A stretch of 64,000 nucleotides of DNA from Gammaproteobacteria bacterium. GTDB taxonomy: Bacteria; Pseudomonadota; Gammaproteobacteria; JABABF01. A model generated the notes under the pieces. The model was not told where the DNA came from, did no database searches, and saw only the letters and a list, made by a program, of their open reading frames with translations. Below, piece after piece: positions 22,717 to 32,821 of the stretch (position 1 is its first letter; each line of letters starts with the position of its first letter). The translations under genes were made by a program, and so were the position numbers. The stretch covers positions 1,280,001-1,344,000 of the forward strand of contig OZ250153.1 of the NCBI GenBank assembly GCA_965237805.1. The letters run 5' to 3'.

Positions 22717-23636
22717 GGCAGCGGCGTGACGCTCGGCCTGTGAATGGCATTTTGCTGTTGGACAAGCCGGTTGGCATCAGCTCCAACGCGGCTCTGCAAC
22801 GTGTCAAATTCCTGTTTAAGGCGGCCAAGGCTGGCCACACTGGCAACCTCGATCCCCTCGCCAGCGGCGTGTTGCCGATCTGCTTTGGCGAGGCGACCAA
22901 ATTTGCGCAATTTTTGCTCAATGCCGATAAAGAGTACTATGGCATGGTTCGTCTTGGCATTGAGACAGACAGTGGAGACAGCGATGGTCGCGAGCTGTCG
23001 CGTCTCAGCGCTGCCGCGATCAGTGCCCCTGCGGTAGAGCAGGCGCTACAGCCGTTGCGTGGGGCGATTGAGCAGGTGCCCCCCATGTTTTCGGCGATCA
23101 AGCGCGGGGGTCAACCGTTGTACAAGCTGGCGCGACGCGGCATCACGGTGGAGTTGGAGGCGCGTCCGGTGACAATTCATGTTTTGCAGCTACTCGATTT
23201 TCGTCCTGGAGAAGTGGCCGAAGCCGATCTCCGGATCCATTGCAGCAAGGGGACTTATGTGCGCATGCTGGCGGTGGCAATCGGTCGTCAGTTGGGTTGT
23301 GGGGGGCATATTGCTGCACTGCGCCGTCATCGGGTCGGCGCGTTTGCCGATGCAGACATGATCAGTATGGAATGCTTGACCGAGCTGAGTGAGGCCGGGC
23401 GGCTGGCCGAGATGGATGCCCTGCTACATCCGGTGGACGAGGCGGTCGACCATCTGCCAGAGCTGTGTCTGCGGGTGGTGGATCGTCATTACCTGCGCAG
23501 TGGCCAGTTGGTGCGTGCCACCGGGGCACCGAGTAGCGGTTTGGTGCGCTTGCGACTGGAGGATGGCGCATTCTTGGGTGTCGGTGAGGTCCTTGATGAC
23601 GGTCGCTTGCGTTCGCGGCGCTTGGTGACCGCCTGA
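22713..23636 (+). CDS. truB: tRNA pseudouridine(55) synthase
   Basis: [34 protein letters not shown] and CSKGTYVR. Confidence 0.97.
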   Translation: MRQRRDARPVNGILLLDKPVGISSNAALQRVKFLFKAAKAGHTGNLDPLASGVLPICFGEATKFAQFLLNADKEYYGMVRLGIETDSGDSDGRELSRLSAAAISAPAVEQALQPLRGAIEQVPPMFSAIKRGGQPLYKLARRGITVELEARPVTIHVLQLLDFRPGEVAEADLRIHCSKGTYVRMLAVAIGRQLGCGGHIAALRRHRVGAFADADMISMECLTELSEAGRLAEMDALLHPVDEAVDHLPELCLRVVDRHYLRSGQLVRATGAPSSGLVRLRLEDGAFLGVGEVLDDGRLRSRRLVTA

Positions 23637-23750
23637 GCGAGGGCATGGCAGTGGCACAACAGACACGAAGCACCACGTCTAAGCGTCTACCACGCGATAA
23701 TGCACAGAGATTCAGCGGAGATACAGTGAAATGAACAGAGTGGCATCGGC

Positions 23751-24050
23751 ATGAATGCAGCGGCAAAGGCGGCATCGGACAGCGGCACAGCGGAGCCCTC
23801 GCGTCGCGAGATCGTCTTGGAATACAGTCGTGGCGAGCGGGACACCGGATCGCCCGAGGTGCAGGCGGCGTTGCTCAGCGACAGCATTCAGCGCTTGCAG
23901 GCACATTTGGATCAGCACCGCAAGGATCACAGTTCCCGGCGCGGTTTGATCCGCATGATCAATCGGCGGCGCAAGTTGCTGGACTATGTGAAGAGGCAGG
24001 ATCGGGAGCGCTACAGCCAACTCATCTCCCGCCTCGGATTGCGCCGCTGA
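23751..24050 (+). CDS. rpsO: 30S ribosomal protein S15
   Basis: [28 protein letters not shown] and LGLRR. Confidence 0.96.
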   Translation: MNAAAKAASDSGTAEPSRREIVLEYSRGERDTGSPEVQAALLSDSIQRLQAHLDQHRKDHSSRRGLIRMINRRRKLLDYVKRQDRERYSQLISRLGLRR

Positions 24051-24177
24051 GCGGCGCTGCAAAATCTGGTCTATGTCACGACGCTGGCTGTCAGAGCCGT
24101 ATGCGAGCGTTACACAGATCGACTCGGAACACCAACCCCACCCAACCCAAACAATCGACAATCAACAGGACAAACTA

Positions 24178-26334
24178 GTGAACGAAGAGAATACAGAAAA
24201 CCATCATTCATCGCACAACGCCGACTCGGGTGATCGTGGCATCCGCCAGCGCTTCACTCTTGGCGACCAAGAATTCACGCTGGAAACCGGGCGCATCGCA
24301 CGCCAGGCGAGCGGGGCAGTCATGGTCAGTGTTGGCGACACACGTGTGCTGGCCACCGTGGTCTTAGGACGCGTCATTGAGGATGCCAAATTTTTGCCCC
24401 TGACGGTGCAATACCAAGAAAGATTCTACGCCACAGGGCGCATCCCCGGCAGTTTTTTCCGCCGAGAGGGGCGACCGAGCGAAAAAGAGGTGCTGACATC
24501 GCGCCTGATCGATAGGCCGATCCGCCCACTGTTCCCGAAGAGTTGCACCCAAGAAGTGCAGTTGATCTGCACGGTGATGTCGGCCTCGCGCCAGCACAAC
24601 CCCGATATCGCGGCGATGATCGGTGCCTCAGCGGCGCTGGCGGTTGCGGGTGCGCCCTGTAGTGGGGTGATCAGCGCCGCGCGGGTTGGCTATGACAGCA
24701 ATAGCAATCAATATCTGCTCAATCCCAGCGACGCGCAGCTGGCATCCTCGACCCTAGACATGGTGGTGGCCGGTGGCCGCGACGGCGTGCTGATGGTGGA
24801 GTCGCAGGCCGATCAATTGAGCGAAGAGATGATGCTCGGTGCCGTGCTGTTCGCACAGAGCGCGATCCAGCCCGCGTTGGATGCGATCGAGGCACTGGCA
24901 CGGGACGCCGGTACTGAGGCACCGGTGCTGCCGCCGCCAGCGTTGCCCGACGCCGCGCTGTTGGCCGCTGTTGAGGCGCACAGTGCTGAGGCCCTGAACC
25001 GGGCCTGCGCTGAGCCAGACAAGTCCTCGCGCACCCGCGCCTTGGAGGCCTTGCGCACCGATGTGGTGGCGGCCTTGGGAGCTGATCACGGCACCGAGGA
25101 TGTTGTCAGTGCCTTGCAGTACTGCCAACGCCGGGAAGTGCGTCGCCGCATACTCGATGGCGAGTCGCGCATCGACGGGCGCGACGCGCGCACGGTGCGC
25201 CCGATCGACACCGAGGTCGATCTGTTGCCCGGAGCCCACGGCTCGGCGATGTTCACCCGTGGCGAGACACAGGCGATTGCCACTGTCACGCTCGGTGGCA
25301 GTCGCGATGCGCAGATTGTCGACGGTTTGGAGGGGCGCGAAGACGACCCTCTCATGTTGCACTACAACTTTCCGCCCTACTCGGTCGGCGAGAGCCGCCG
25401 ACTGATGCCACCGTCGCGGCGCGAGATCGGCCACGGGCGTTTGGCGCGGCGGGCACTGACGGCGCTGCTTCCCAGCCAGCAGGACTTCCCCTACACCCTG
25501 CGTATCGTCTCGGAGATCACCGAATCCAACGGCTCCAGCTCGATGGCCACGGTCTGTGCCAGTAGCCTCGCGCTGATGGATGCCGGTGTGCCGCTGGCTG
25601 CTCCGGTGGCGGGCATCGCCATGGGCTTGGTCAGTGATGGCACGCGCTCGGCGGTGTTGACCGACATTCTCGGCGATGAAGATCATCTGGGCGATATGGA
25701 CTTCAAGGTGGCTGGCACTGCGGCCGGCATTACCGCCCTGCAGATGGACATCAAGATAGGCGGGCTCGAGCAGTCGGTGATGGAGCAGGCCTTGGAGCAG
25801 GCACGCGAGGCGCGCTTACACATCCTTGAACAGATGGCTATGACGCTGTCGGCACCCCGAGAACGTGTTGCCTCCAATGCACCGCAGTTTGAGATTGTGC
25901 GCATCCCGGAGAACCGTGTGCGCGACCTGATCGGGCGCGGTGGGTCGACGGTGCGGAGCATTACCGACGACACTGGTGCCAATATCGACATTGACCAGAA
26001 TGGTACTGTGCGCGTCTACGCCGACAATCTTGACGCCCTCAATGAAGCGATCGCACGCGTCAAGAGCGTGACGGTTGATGTGGAGGTCGGTGGTGTCTAT
26101 GAGGGCACCGTCGTCAGCCTGCAGAAGTACGGTGCTTTTGTCAACATCATGCCGGGTCGAGACGGTTTGGTGCACGCTTCCGAAGTCACTTCATCCGACG
26201 GCTTCTGCCGTGTTGAAGAGCACTTAGAGGAGGGGCAGAAAGTGCGGGTCAAGGTGCTTGAAGTCGACGACCGCGGCAAAGTGCGTCTCAGCATGAAGGC
26301 GCTGGAATCCGAGGGTGTGCAGCAGGTCAACTAG
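24178..26334 (+). CDS. pnp: Polyribonucleotide nucleotidyltransferase
   Basis: ETGRIARQA, SRLIDRPIRP, FTRGETQ, RREIGHG, ESNGSSSMA, GDMDFKVAG, plus KH and S1 domains; GTG start after AGGA. Confidence 0.98.
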   Translation: MNEENTENHHSSHNADSGDRGIRQRFTLGDQEFTLETGRIARQASGAVMVSVGDTRVLATVVLGRVIEDAKFLPLTVQYQERFYATGRIPGSFFRREGRPSEKEVLTSRLIDRPIRPLFPKSCTQEVQLICTVMSASRQHNPDIAAMIGASAALAVAGAPCSGVISAARVGYDSNSNQYLLNPSDAQLASSTLDMVVAGGRDGVLMVESQADQLSEEMMLGAVLFAQSAIQPALDAIEALARDAGTEAPVLPPPALPDAALLAAVEAHSAEALNRACAEPDKSSRTRALEALRTDVVAALGADHGTEDVVSALQYCQRREVRRRILDGESRIDGRDARTVRPIDTEVDLLPGAHGSAMFTRGETQAIATVTLGGSRDAQIVDGLEGREDDPLMLHYNFPPYSVGESRRLMPPSRREIGHGRLARRALTALLPSQQDFPYTLRIVSEITESNGSSSMATVCASSLALMDAGVPLAAPVAGIAMGLVSDGTRSAVLTDILGDEDHLGDMDFKVAGTAAGITALQMDIKIGGLEQSVMEQALEQAREARLHILEQMAMTLSAPRERVASNAPQFEIVRIPENRVRDLIGRGGSTVRSITDDTGANIDIDQNGTVRVYADNLDALNEAIARVKSVTVDVEVGGVYEGTVVSLQKYGAFVNIMPGRDGLVHASEVTSSDGFCRVEEHLEEGQKVRVKVLEVDDRGKVRLSMKALESEGVQQVN

Positions 26335-26465
26335 GCTGGGAGCCCTAGTCGCGCCGTCGTCGCCGGGTGCCTGTCGGTTGAGGCAGCCACCCGGCTGAGC
26401 CATCGCTGGGGCCAGAGCTTGCCCCTTGGCATTGCGACAGAGTGTGCGCCATCTGCGTGCGGCAA

Positions 26466-26578
26466 TGCGTCGAATATTTTGGATTTTTTCGACACATCAG
26501 CAGTGACGTGTCGAATATTTTAGATTTTTTCGACACATCGGCAGTGACGTGTCGAATATTTACGCTATTTCGTCATAT
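26466..26578. repeat. Intergenic 41-bp tandem repeat (~2.7 copies) built from inverted 8-mers GTGTCGAA/TTCGACAC
   Basis: GTCGAATATTT starts at 26469, 26510 and 26551. Copies 1 and 2 are nearly identical and copy 3 is degenerate. Lies between convergent pnp and panD. Confidence 0.9.
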
Positions 26579-26731
26579 TGGCATGGCCGCTCCAGTAGGA
26601 ATGGTTTTTGCCACGCCTTTGAGTTCGCCCAATGCTGCCTCAGCAGCGGCGGCAGCTCGCAGTACTACAATGGTTTCGAGATGGCTCTCTGCACCGAGGA
26701 GTTGCAGGGGGGGGTGCCCACCTCGGTTTAA

Positions 26732-27112
26732 TCAGGCAGCCTGCACTGGAATCGCATGGCCAGTGCGCCGGATGTGATTCTGTTGATCCAGATAGACCAG
26801 TTTGGGTTGGTGGTTGGCGAGTTCGCTTGCTTCGTATTCGGCGTAGGCGCAGATAATCACGCGGTCGCCGATGCTGGCGTGCCTAGCGGCCGCACCATTG
26901 ATGGACACCACAGCTGAGCCGTTCTCGGCGCGGATGGCGTAGGTCGTCAGACGGGTGCCGTTGTTCATGTTGTAAATCTGCACCTGCTGGTACTCGCGTA
27001 TGCCAGCTTTCTCCAATAGCTTGCCGTCGATGGCGCAGGAGCCTTCGTACTCCACATGCACATCGGTGACGCATGCTTGATGCAATTTTGCCTGCAACAT
27101 TGTTTGGCGCAT
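26732..27112 (-). CDS. panD: Aspartate 1-decarboxylase
   Basis: KLHQA.VT, YEGSCAID, NGTRLTTYAI and INGAAA. Confidence 0.97.
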   Translation of the reverse strand: MRQTMLQAKLHQACVTDVHVEYEGSCAIDGKLLEKAGIREYQQVQIYNMNNGTRLTTYAIRAENGSAVVSINGAAARHASIGDRVIICAYAEYEASELANHQPKLVYLDQQNHIRRTGHAIPVQAA

Positions 27113-27188
27113 TGCTTGACCCTCGTTTCCCCTGAAAAGCCATCCAGTTCTGTTGATGATGGTTTGCTGTAGCTGCCCCGCTTTTCGC

Positions 27189-28043
27189 TCAGCTGGCCAA
27201 ACTCACAGGCAGGTTGTCGATCAGTCGCGCCCGTCCCAGCTGGGCGGCAACCAATATTACCACATTCTTGCTCTCAACCGTGGCCATAGCCAGTGTGTCG
27301 GCACTGCGTACTTCGTAGTATTCTGGAACCATACCAGCCTCCCGCAGCTGCCTCGCTCCCGCTTGGCACAGGGCGGTAAAATCCCGCTCTCCGCCGCGCA
27401 GAGCCTCGGCGCTATGGCCGAGGCTCTGGCACAGCGCCGCAGCGCTGCGGCGCTCGTCCGGCGACAGGTGCTGGTTGCGCGAGCTCAGCGCTAGGCCGTC
27501 CGGGGCGCGCACTGTTGGCACCCCGACGATCTCGGTAGGCAGGCATAGCTCGGCGGCCATGCGCCGCAATACGAGCAGTTGCTGGTAGTCCTTTTCGCCG
27601 CATAGCAGCCAACGCGGTGCCACGATGTTGAGCAGCATGCAGATCACGGTCGCCACACCGTTGAAGTGCCCCGGACGCTTGGTGCCGCACAGGATGTCGG
27701 ACAGCCCCGGCACCGACACGGTGGTGTGATCAGCTGTGCCAGCGGGATAGAGCTCGTCCACATCGGGGGTGAACAGATGCGCAACGCCGTGCGAGCGCAG
27801 CAGCTCATGGTCGCGTTCCGGGGTGCGCGGGTAGTGCTCGAAGTCCTCGCCCGCCCCGAACTGTATGGGATTGACGAAAATGCTGGCGACCACGCACTGG
27901 CTGTGGCTCTTGGCAAGCTGCACCAAGGCCATATGTCCTTGGTGCAGGTTGCCCATGGTGGGCACGAAAGCGATGTCGTGTCCGCTCTGGCGCTCGGCCG
28001 CCAGCACTGTGCGTAGCGCGGCGGCACGGTGGTGTATCTGCAT
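27189..28043 (-). CDS. panC: Pantoate-beta-alanine ligase
   Basis: FVPTMGNLHQGH, SIFVNPIQF, RPGHFNGV, GEKDYQQL, GLALSSRN and RLIDN. Confidence 0.98.
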   Translation of the reverse strand: MQIHHRAAALRTVLAAERQSGHDIAFVPTMGNLHQGHMALVQLAKSHSQCVVASIFVNPIQFGAGEDFEHYPRTPERDHELLRSHGVAHLFTPDVDELYPAGTADHTTVSVPGLSDILCGTKRPGHFNGVATVICMLLNIVAPRWLLCGEKDYQQLLVLRRMAAELCLPTEIVGVPTVRAPDGLALSSRNQHLSPDERRSAAALCQSLGHSAEALRGGERDFTALCQAGARQLREAGMVPEYYEVRSADTLAMATVESKNVVILVAAQLGRARLIDNLPVSLAS

Positions 28044-28054
28044 TGCCGGGGGCT

Positions 28055-28852
28055 TCAGCTGGCGTTGTTATCAGCGGGTGGAAATTCCCCCGCAAGCACG
28101 GCTGCCCGGTAGGCGGTCATCGCGTCGCCGATGCCCTTGGCATCGCGCAGGAAATCGCGTGCAAATGGTGGTGGTGAGGCGGTCATGCCGAGGGCATCTT
28201 GCAAGACCAGCACTTGGCCGTCGGTGTGCGGCCCGGAACCGATGCCGATCACCGGGATGGCCAGCTGGCGGCTGATCTGCGTAGCCAAGGCTGTCGGCAC
28301 GCATTCCAGCACCAGCAACGATGCTCCGGCTTCCTCTAAGGCCAATGCGTCGGCTTCGATCTCTGCCGCCTGCTCAGGGCTGTTGCCTTGGCGTTTATAG
28401 CCGCTGTAGAGGTGCACCGATTGCGGGCATAGCCCCAAGTGGGCGCATACTGGGATACCACAGTGCACGATGAGGCGCACTTGGTCGATTAGCCAGCGGC
28501 CACCTTCTAGCTTCACGACTTCGGCACCGGCCCGCGCCAATTCGGTGGCGCTGGCCACCGCCTGCGGTGCGCTCGCATAGCTGCCCAGAGGCAGGTCGGC
28601 GGCCAATAGTGAGCCGTGGTTGCCACGGCGCACACAGCGCAGGTGGTAGGCCATATCGCTCAGCGTGACGCCTAGGGTATCGTCGCGGCCCTGCACGGTC
28701 ATGCCGACTGAGTCGCCGACCAACAACAGCTCGATGCCAGCCTCGGCGGCGAGCCGGGCACAGCTGGCATCGTAGACCGTCAGGCAGCTGAAGCGTTGCC
28801 CGGTGGCCTTGCGCTCCCGCAGGCTTTGCAACGTGATGCGCGTGTTGCTCAT
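28055..28852 (-). CDS. panB: 3-methyl-2-oxobutanoate hydroxymethyltransferase
   Basis: LT.YD, LLVGDS.GM, VKLEGG, HLGL.PQ, LECVP, IGIGSG and DGQVLV. Confidence 0.97.
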   Translation of the reverse strand: MSNTRITLQSLRERKATGQRFSCLTVYDASCARLAAEAGIELLLVGDSVGMTVQGRDDTLGVTLSDMAYHLRCVRRGNHGSLLAADLPLGSYASAPQAVASATELARAGAEVVKLEGGRWLIDQVRLIVHCGIPVCAHLGLCPQSVHLYSGYKRQGNSPEQAAEIEADALALEEAGASLLVLECVPTALATQISRQLAIPVIGIGSGPHTDGQVLVLQDALGMTASPPPFARDFLRDAKGIGDAMTAYRAAVLAGEFPPADNNAS

Positions 28853-29538
28853 CGCTGCCCCTCTTCGCCTAGGAACAGGCTATCACCGCCGCCGGTGTTG
28901 AAGTAGTGGTGGCCGCTTTCGACGCGTTCCAAGAGCCCAAGGAAGTCGCGGTAATCGTCGGCGTTGCGGAGCAGATCCACCTCGGCGGTGTTGACAATCA
29001 ATAGTGGCGTGGCTTGGTAGCCGAAGAAAAAGCGTCCGTAAGCCTCACTGAGCTGCTCTAGGTAACCCCGCTTGATATACCGTTCGTAGCCGATGCCACG
29101 GCTGTTGATGCGTTGCATCAACAGTGTGACCGGTGCCTGTAGGTAGACCACCAGATCTGGTGTTGGCAGATCGGTGCGGAGCCGGTCATAGATGGACTGG
29201 TACAGCTGTAGCTCGTCGCTACCGAGGTTGATCTCGGCGAATAGGCGGTCTTTTTCGATCAGATAATCTGCCACATGATCTTGGGCGAAGATATCCCATT
29301 GGCGCAGGGCTTGCAATTGCCGTGTGCGCTGCACGAGAAAGGAAAGCTGGGTGGCCAAGGCGAGGTGGCGACGGTCGTCGCGGTAGAAGTTGGCCAAGAA
29401 AGGGTTGGCGATGCCATCTTCGAGCAGTGGGCGATGCCCCCAGCTGTGTGCGATGCGCTTGGCCAGCGCGGTCTTCCCCACACCGATCGGTCCTTCGATA
29501 GCGAGGTAATGCGGTCTATTGTCTGGCTGATCCGTCAC
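28849..29538 (-). CDS. Deoxynucleoside kinase family protein
   Basis: IEGPIGVGKT P-loop, NPFL..FY, TQLSFL.QR and PDLVVYLQA; typical folK-dnk-panB context. Confidence 0.9.
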   Translation of the reverse strand: MTDQPDNRPHYLAIEGPIGVGKTALAKRIAHSWGHRPLLEDGIANPFLANFYRDDRRHLALATQLSFLVQRTRQLQALRQWDIFAQDHVADYLIEKDRLFAEINLGSDELQLYQSIYDRLRTDLPTPDLVVYLQAPVTLLMQRINSRGIGYERYIKRGYLEQLSEAYGRFFFGYQATPLLIVNTAEVDLLRNADDYRDFLGLLERVESGHHYFNTGGGDSLFLGEEGQR

Positions 29539-29542
29539 GGTG

Positions 29543-30055
29543 CTATCCGCTCCGGCAGCGGTTCGTCACGGGTGTCAACGGCGGCAGCTGGGCGGCCAAG
29601 TCGAGTAGCACATGGCCGCCCGGCAGGCGCAGCTGGGGTGCCAGGGTGCACAGTGGCTGCACGACGAAGTTGCGCTCGCTGAGCTGTGGATGGGGGATGC
29701 TGATCCCGGTACGGCGCAGCTGCAGTTGGCCATAGAGCAACAGATCTAAATCCAAGGTACGCGGCCCCCAGCTGCGGCGGCGGCGGCGGCGCTGCAGGCG
29801 CTCGATGCGCTGTAGTCGATACAACAACTGTTGCGGTGCCAATGTGGTGCGCAGCGCCGCCACGCCGTTTAGGTAATCCGGTTGCACACCGGGGCCGATG
29901 GCGGCGTTGCGGTACCAAGCGGAGTGCGCCAGCAAGCGGCTTTGGGGTAGTTGCCGCAGGGCGGATACGGCGCGCCGTAGGCGTTGTTGGCGCCAGCCCA
30001 GATTGCTGCCAAGCCCGATGTACGCCACCACGCCGCCGATCGCCTGCGTCGCCAT
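29543..30055 (-). CDS. folK: 2-amino-4-hydroxy-6-hydroxymethyldihydropteridine pyrophosphokinase
   Basis: AYIGLGSNLG, QPDYLNGV, WGPRTLDLDLLLYG, IPHP and RNFV..PL. Confidence 0.96.
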   Translation of the reverse strand: MATQAIGGVVAYIGLGSNLGWRQQRLRRAVSALRQLPQSRLLAHSAWYRNAAIGPGVQPDYLNGVAALRTTLAPQQLLYRLQRIERLQRRRRRRSWGPRTLDLDLLLYGQLQLRRTGISIPHPQLSERNFVVQPLCTLAPQLRLPGGHVLLDLAAQLPPLTPVTNRCRSG

Positions 30056-30110
30056 TGTCGTTTGCCTCTGCTCCGTCCGACGGCGCACCGAGTGTGCCTC
30101 GTGCTGTTTA

Positions 30111-31484
30111 TTATCGCTTAGCGGGGTGCCCGCGCGGGTGGGCACTGCGGCTGCTACGGAAGGAGGGATCGTGGTGTCGTCGCCCCCCACTGGGTGCGGC
30201 AGCTCGGTGGCGACGGCGACCGTAGTCACCGCCACCGCGCCGCTGAGGTGGCGGGGTGGGTGGCTGCTGTGCCGCCAGCTGACGCCACCACGCGCTGCGT
30301 TCGCCCAGTTCTGGCTCACCGTGGCGGGCGCGTAGTTCGAGTAGGCGAAGCGCGGCGCGGAACGATGGCCACCGCGCCAGAGCGCGTACCGCATGCGGCG
30401 CTGTCAACTCCCACTGCAGACGCAGTATTTCTTCGATGGGAACGGCGAAGCGGCGCGGCATGTGGGTGCGCTCATGCTGCCGTGCCATGGTGGTGGCCAC
30501 GGCTTGGGCAGCGGGAATCGCTCCACTGCGCCCTATCAGCCCTTGTTGGCGGTCGCGCGCCACTGGCCACAGCAGCGTAGCGTAGAGCAAGGAGGCGGAG
30601 ATATGCCCACCGTCCTGTGCACGTCGGTCGGTGTCGCGCAGCAGGGCCTCGATCAGCTGGTTGGCATGCTCAGCACTGGGGCTGGCATCGAGGCAGAGCT
30701 GGGTCTGTGGCAGTAGCGTATTGAGGAGATGATAGCGTCGCAACAGCGGCCAAGCGCGTGCTGCGTAGCCGCCACTCAGCACTTTGGGCAGTTCATCGAA
30801 GAGCCGTGCCGGGCTTGCCAGCGCCAGCTGGGTGTGGCCACGCCGCAATGCATCCTCCGAGCGGCGCTCAAGGTGAAAGCCGAGGCTGGCGGAGAAGCGC
30901 ACAGCGCGTAGCATGCGCACCGGATCCTCGCGGTAGCGCACCGCCGCCTCGCCGATGACACGCAGACGGCGCGCCCGCAAATCGGCTAGGCCGCCGACGC
31001 AGTCAAATAATGTGCCGCCGTCAGCTAGTGGATCGTAATAGAGGGCGTTGACGGTGAAGTCGCGGCGCAACGCGTCTTCTTCCAGCGAGCTGCCGTATTC
31101 GCAGTCGCGCAGTATTTCGCCGCTGGCTCCGAGCTGTAGCCGCCGGCCCGCTTGGCTGGGGGCGCGGCGGAAAGTGCTCAGCTCGCTGCGACCGTTGGCG
31201 GTGCGTGCATGGACAATGGGAAAGCGCCGACCGACGATGCGGGAGCGCGGCAATAGCCGTCGCAGTTGCTCTGGATGCGCATCGGTGCTGATATCGAAGT
31301 CCTTGGGTCTGCGCCCAAGCAATAGGTCGCGCACGCAGCCCCCGACTAGGTAGGCCTGGCAATTGGCTCGGTGCAGGCGGCGGATCAGCCCCATCGCCCC
31401 GGGACACAGTGCCGTTACAGGGAATCGGTGTGGATGGGCGGCGACAGCGGAGCCAGCCGCCACCTGCGGAGCAGTTGCAGTCAC
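30111..31484 (-). CDS. pcnB: Poly(A) polymerase I
   Basis: YLVGGCVRDLLLG..PKDFD, IVGRRF.I.H, RRDFTVNAL and EDPVRMLRAVRF; upstream of folK. Confidence 0.95.
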   Translation of the reverse strand: MTATAPQVAAGSAVAAHPHRFPVTALCPGAMGLIRRLHRANCQAYLVGGCVRDLLLGRRPKDFDISTDAHPEQLRRLLPRSRIVGRRFPIVHARTANGRSELSTFRRAPSQAGRRLQLGASGEILRDCEYGSSLEEDALRRDFTVNALYYDPLADGGTLFDCVGGLADLRARRLRVIGEAAVRYREDPVRMLRAVRFSASLGFHLERRSEDALRRGHTQLALASPARLFDELPKVLSGGYAARAWPLLRRYHLLNTLLPQTQLCLDASPSAEHANQLIEALLRDTDRRAQDGGHISASLLYATLLWPVARDRQQGLIGRSGAIPAAQAVATTMARQHERTHMPRRFAVPIEEILRLQWELTAPHAVRALARWPSFRAALRLLELRARHGEPELGERSAWWRQLAAQQPPTPPPQRRGGGDYGRRRHRAAAPSGGRRHHDPSFRSSRSAHPRGHPAKR

Positions 31485-31533
31485 CGCGCTGTCAGCTCCT
31501 TTTCATGGCACACCACATTGGCGTGTGTGGGTT

Positions 31534-32673
31534 TCAGTCGGGAAGTGGTGCCGCGATAGCATGCATCTTGGCCGTGGTGTCGATCACACCAGAGTCCACT
31601 GTATCACTTGTGACCGCAGGGCTGTCGAGCTGCGTGCGGGCTTGGCTCGTGTGCCGTGGAATACCAAAGCGGCGGCGGCGTTCCCACAGGCATTTTCGGC
31701 TGATCCCCAACCGGTGCGCCAACTTGGTTTCGTTCATCGTGCTTTGGTGTTCGAGTACGAAGCGTTGAAAGTATTCCTCCAGCGATAGTTCCTCCGACAC
31801 GCTATGGGCGGCCACGGAGGTCGGCAGCTGTTCCCGCCCGCTGTCTTGTGCTGGTCGAGTGGTGGCGACTGCTGTCATCTCAGTATTCGATAGCTCCAGC
31901 ATGCTGGCCTCAATGACATCGCTGTCGGCGCCATATAGAGCGACCGCCCGGCTCAGCGTGTTCTCCAATTCCAGTAGGTTCCCCGGCCAGCTGTGTGCCA
32001 AGATCAATTTCATGGCACCACGTGACAATTGGAAGCGGCGTCGGTTGTCGTGGTGTTGCTTGCTTTCGCGCGTCAGCAACTTTTCAGTCAGGTTTTGCAA
32101 CTCCCGTGGTGAACGCTGCGAGAGTGGCGGGATGTCCAGCTGCACCGCTTCAAGAGCGAGCCGCAATTCATCCAAGAAATCGCCCTGCTGGCAGGCTTTG
32201 ATCAAATCGTAGCATGTGCCAGCTACCACACGTAACTTGACCGGAATGTGTACAGCACTTTCCACTCGGTAGATTTTGCGGTCTTCGATTAGGTTCAGCA
32301 GGCGTCCTTGGGAACGGATCGGCAGCTTGGCGATATCGTCCAGATACAGCGTGCCATGCTCGGCGGCCTCTATGAGCCCCGGTCGGTCTTGGTAGCCAAA
32401 CAATTCGCGGTCCGACTGCTCGTTGTCCGCCGTACAACTGAAGCGACTCAGCTTGCCGTGCCGCCCGCTGAGCTGATGTAAGTCACTTGCGATGCGCGCA
32501 CGAGCCGAGCCGAGTGGGCCGCAGATCAGTACGGGCCATTCCCTGTCTGCTGTGCGCTGCAATCGCTCGCGCACAGGAGCCATCGCCTCGCCCTCAAGCC
32601 AGTATTTGCTGATGTTGGAGGGATCTTGGCTCGATTGTATGGTGGCCATGATGTACTCTGCGTATTGCCACAT
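31534..32673 (-). CDS. CbrB-like enhancer-binding protein, receiver-less and with degenerate AAA+ motifs
   Basis: The C-terminus LSLEEYFQRFVLEHQ..MNET.LA..LGISRKCLWERR.R.GIPR and the position upstream of pcnB match CbrB as I recall it. WPGN..ELEN is present, but the Walker A lysine, the GAFTGA loop and the receiver domain are absent. Confidence 0.8.
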   Translation of the reverse strand: MWQYAEYIMATIQSSQDPSNISKYWLEGEAMAPVRERLQRTADREWPVLICGPLGSARARIASDLHQLSGRHGKLSRFSCTADNEQSDRELFGYQDRPGLIEAAEHGTLYLDDIAKLPIRSQGRLLNLIEDRKIYRVESAVHIPVKLRVVAGTCYDLIKACQQGDFLDELRLALEAVQLDIPPLSQRSPRELQNLTEKLLTRESKQHHDNRRRFQLSRGAMKLILAHSWPGNLLELENTLSRAVALYGADSDVIEASMLELSNTEMTAVATTRPAQDSGREQLPTSVAAHSVSEELSLEEYFQRFVLEHQSTMNETKLAHRLGISRKCLWERRRRFGIPRHTSQARTQLDSPAVTSDTVDSGVIDTTAKMHAIAAPLPD

Positions 32674-32821
32674 GTTTGCGGCCAGTCCTGCCCCATGTCG
32701 TTACGCTCATTCAGCAATAATGGCTGATTGGGCAATATGCGACAACCGGACTGAGTTGGCTACAATACCAAGTGTGGCATATTGAAACACATATGTCAAG
32801 TTCCGCTCTGTGGGGCAGCCT

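Noticed and set aside
26466-26578. 41-bp palindromic repeat as a CRISPR array
   Set aside because: The intervening 12-13 nt are nearly identical between units rather than unique spacers, there are fewer than three full units, and no cas genes are in the window.
26707-26714. G8 run just downstream of panD
   Set aside because: Intergenic between convergent 3' ends, with no gene or promoter it could switch.
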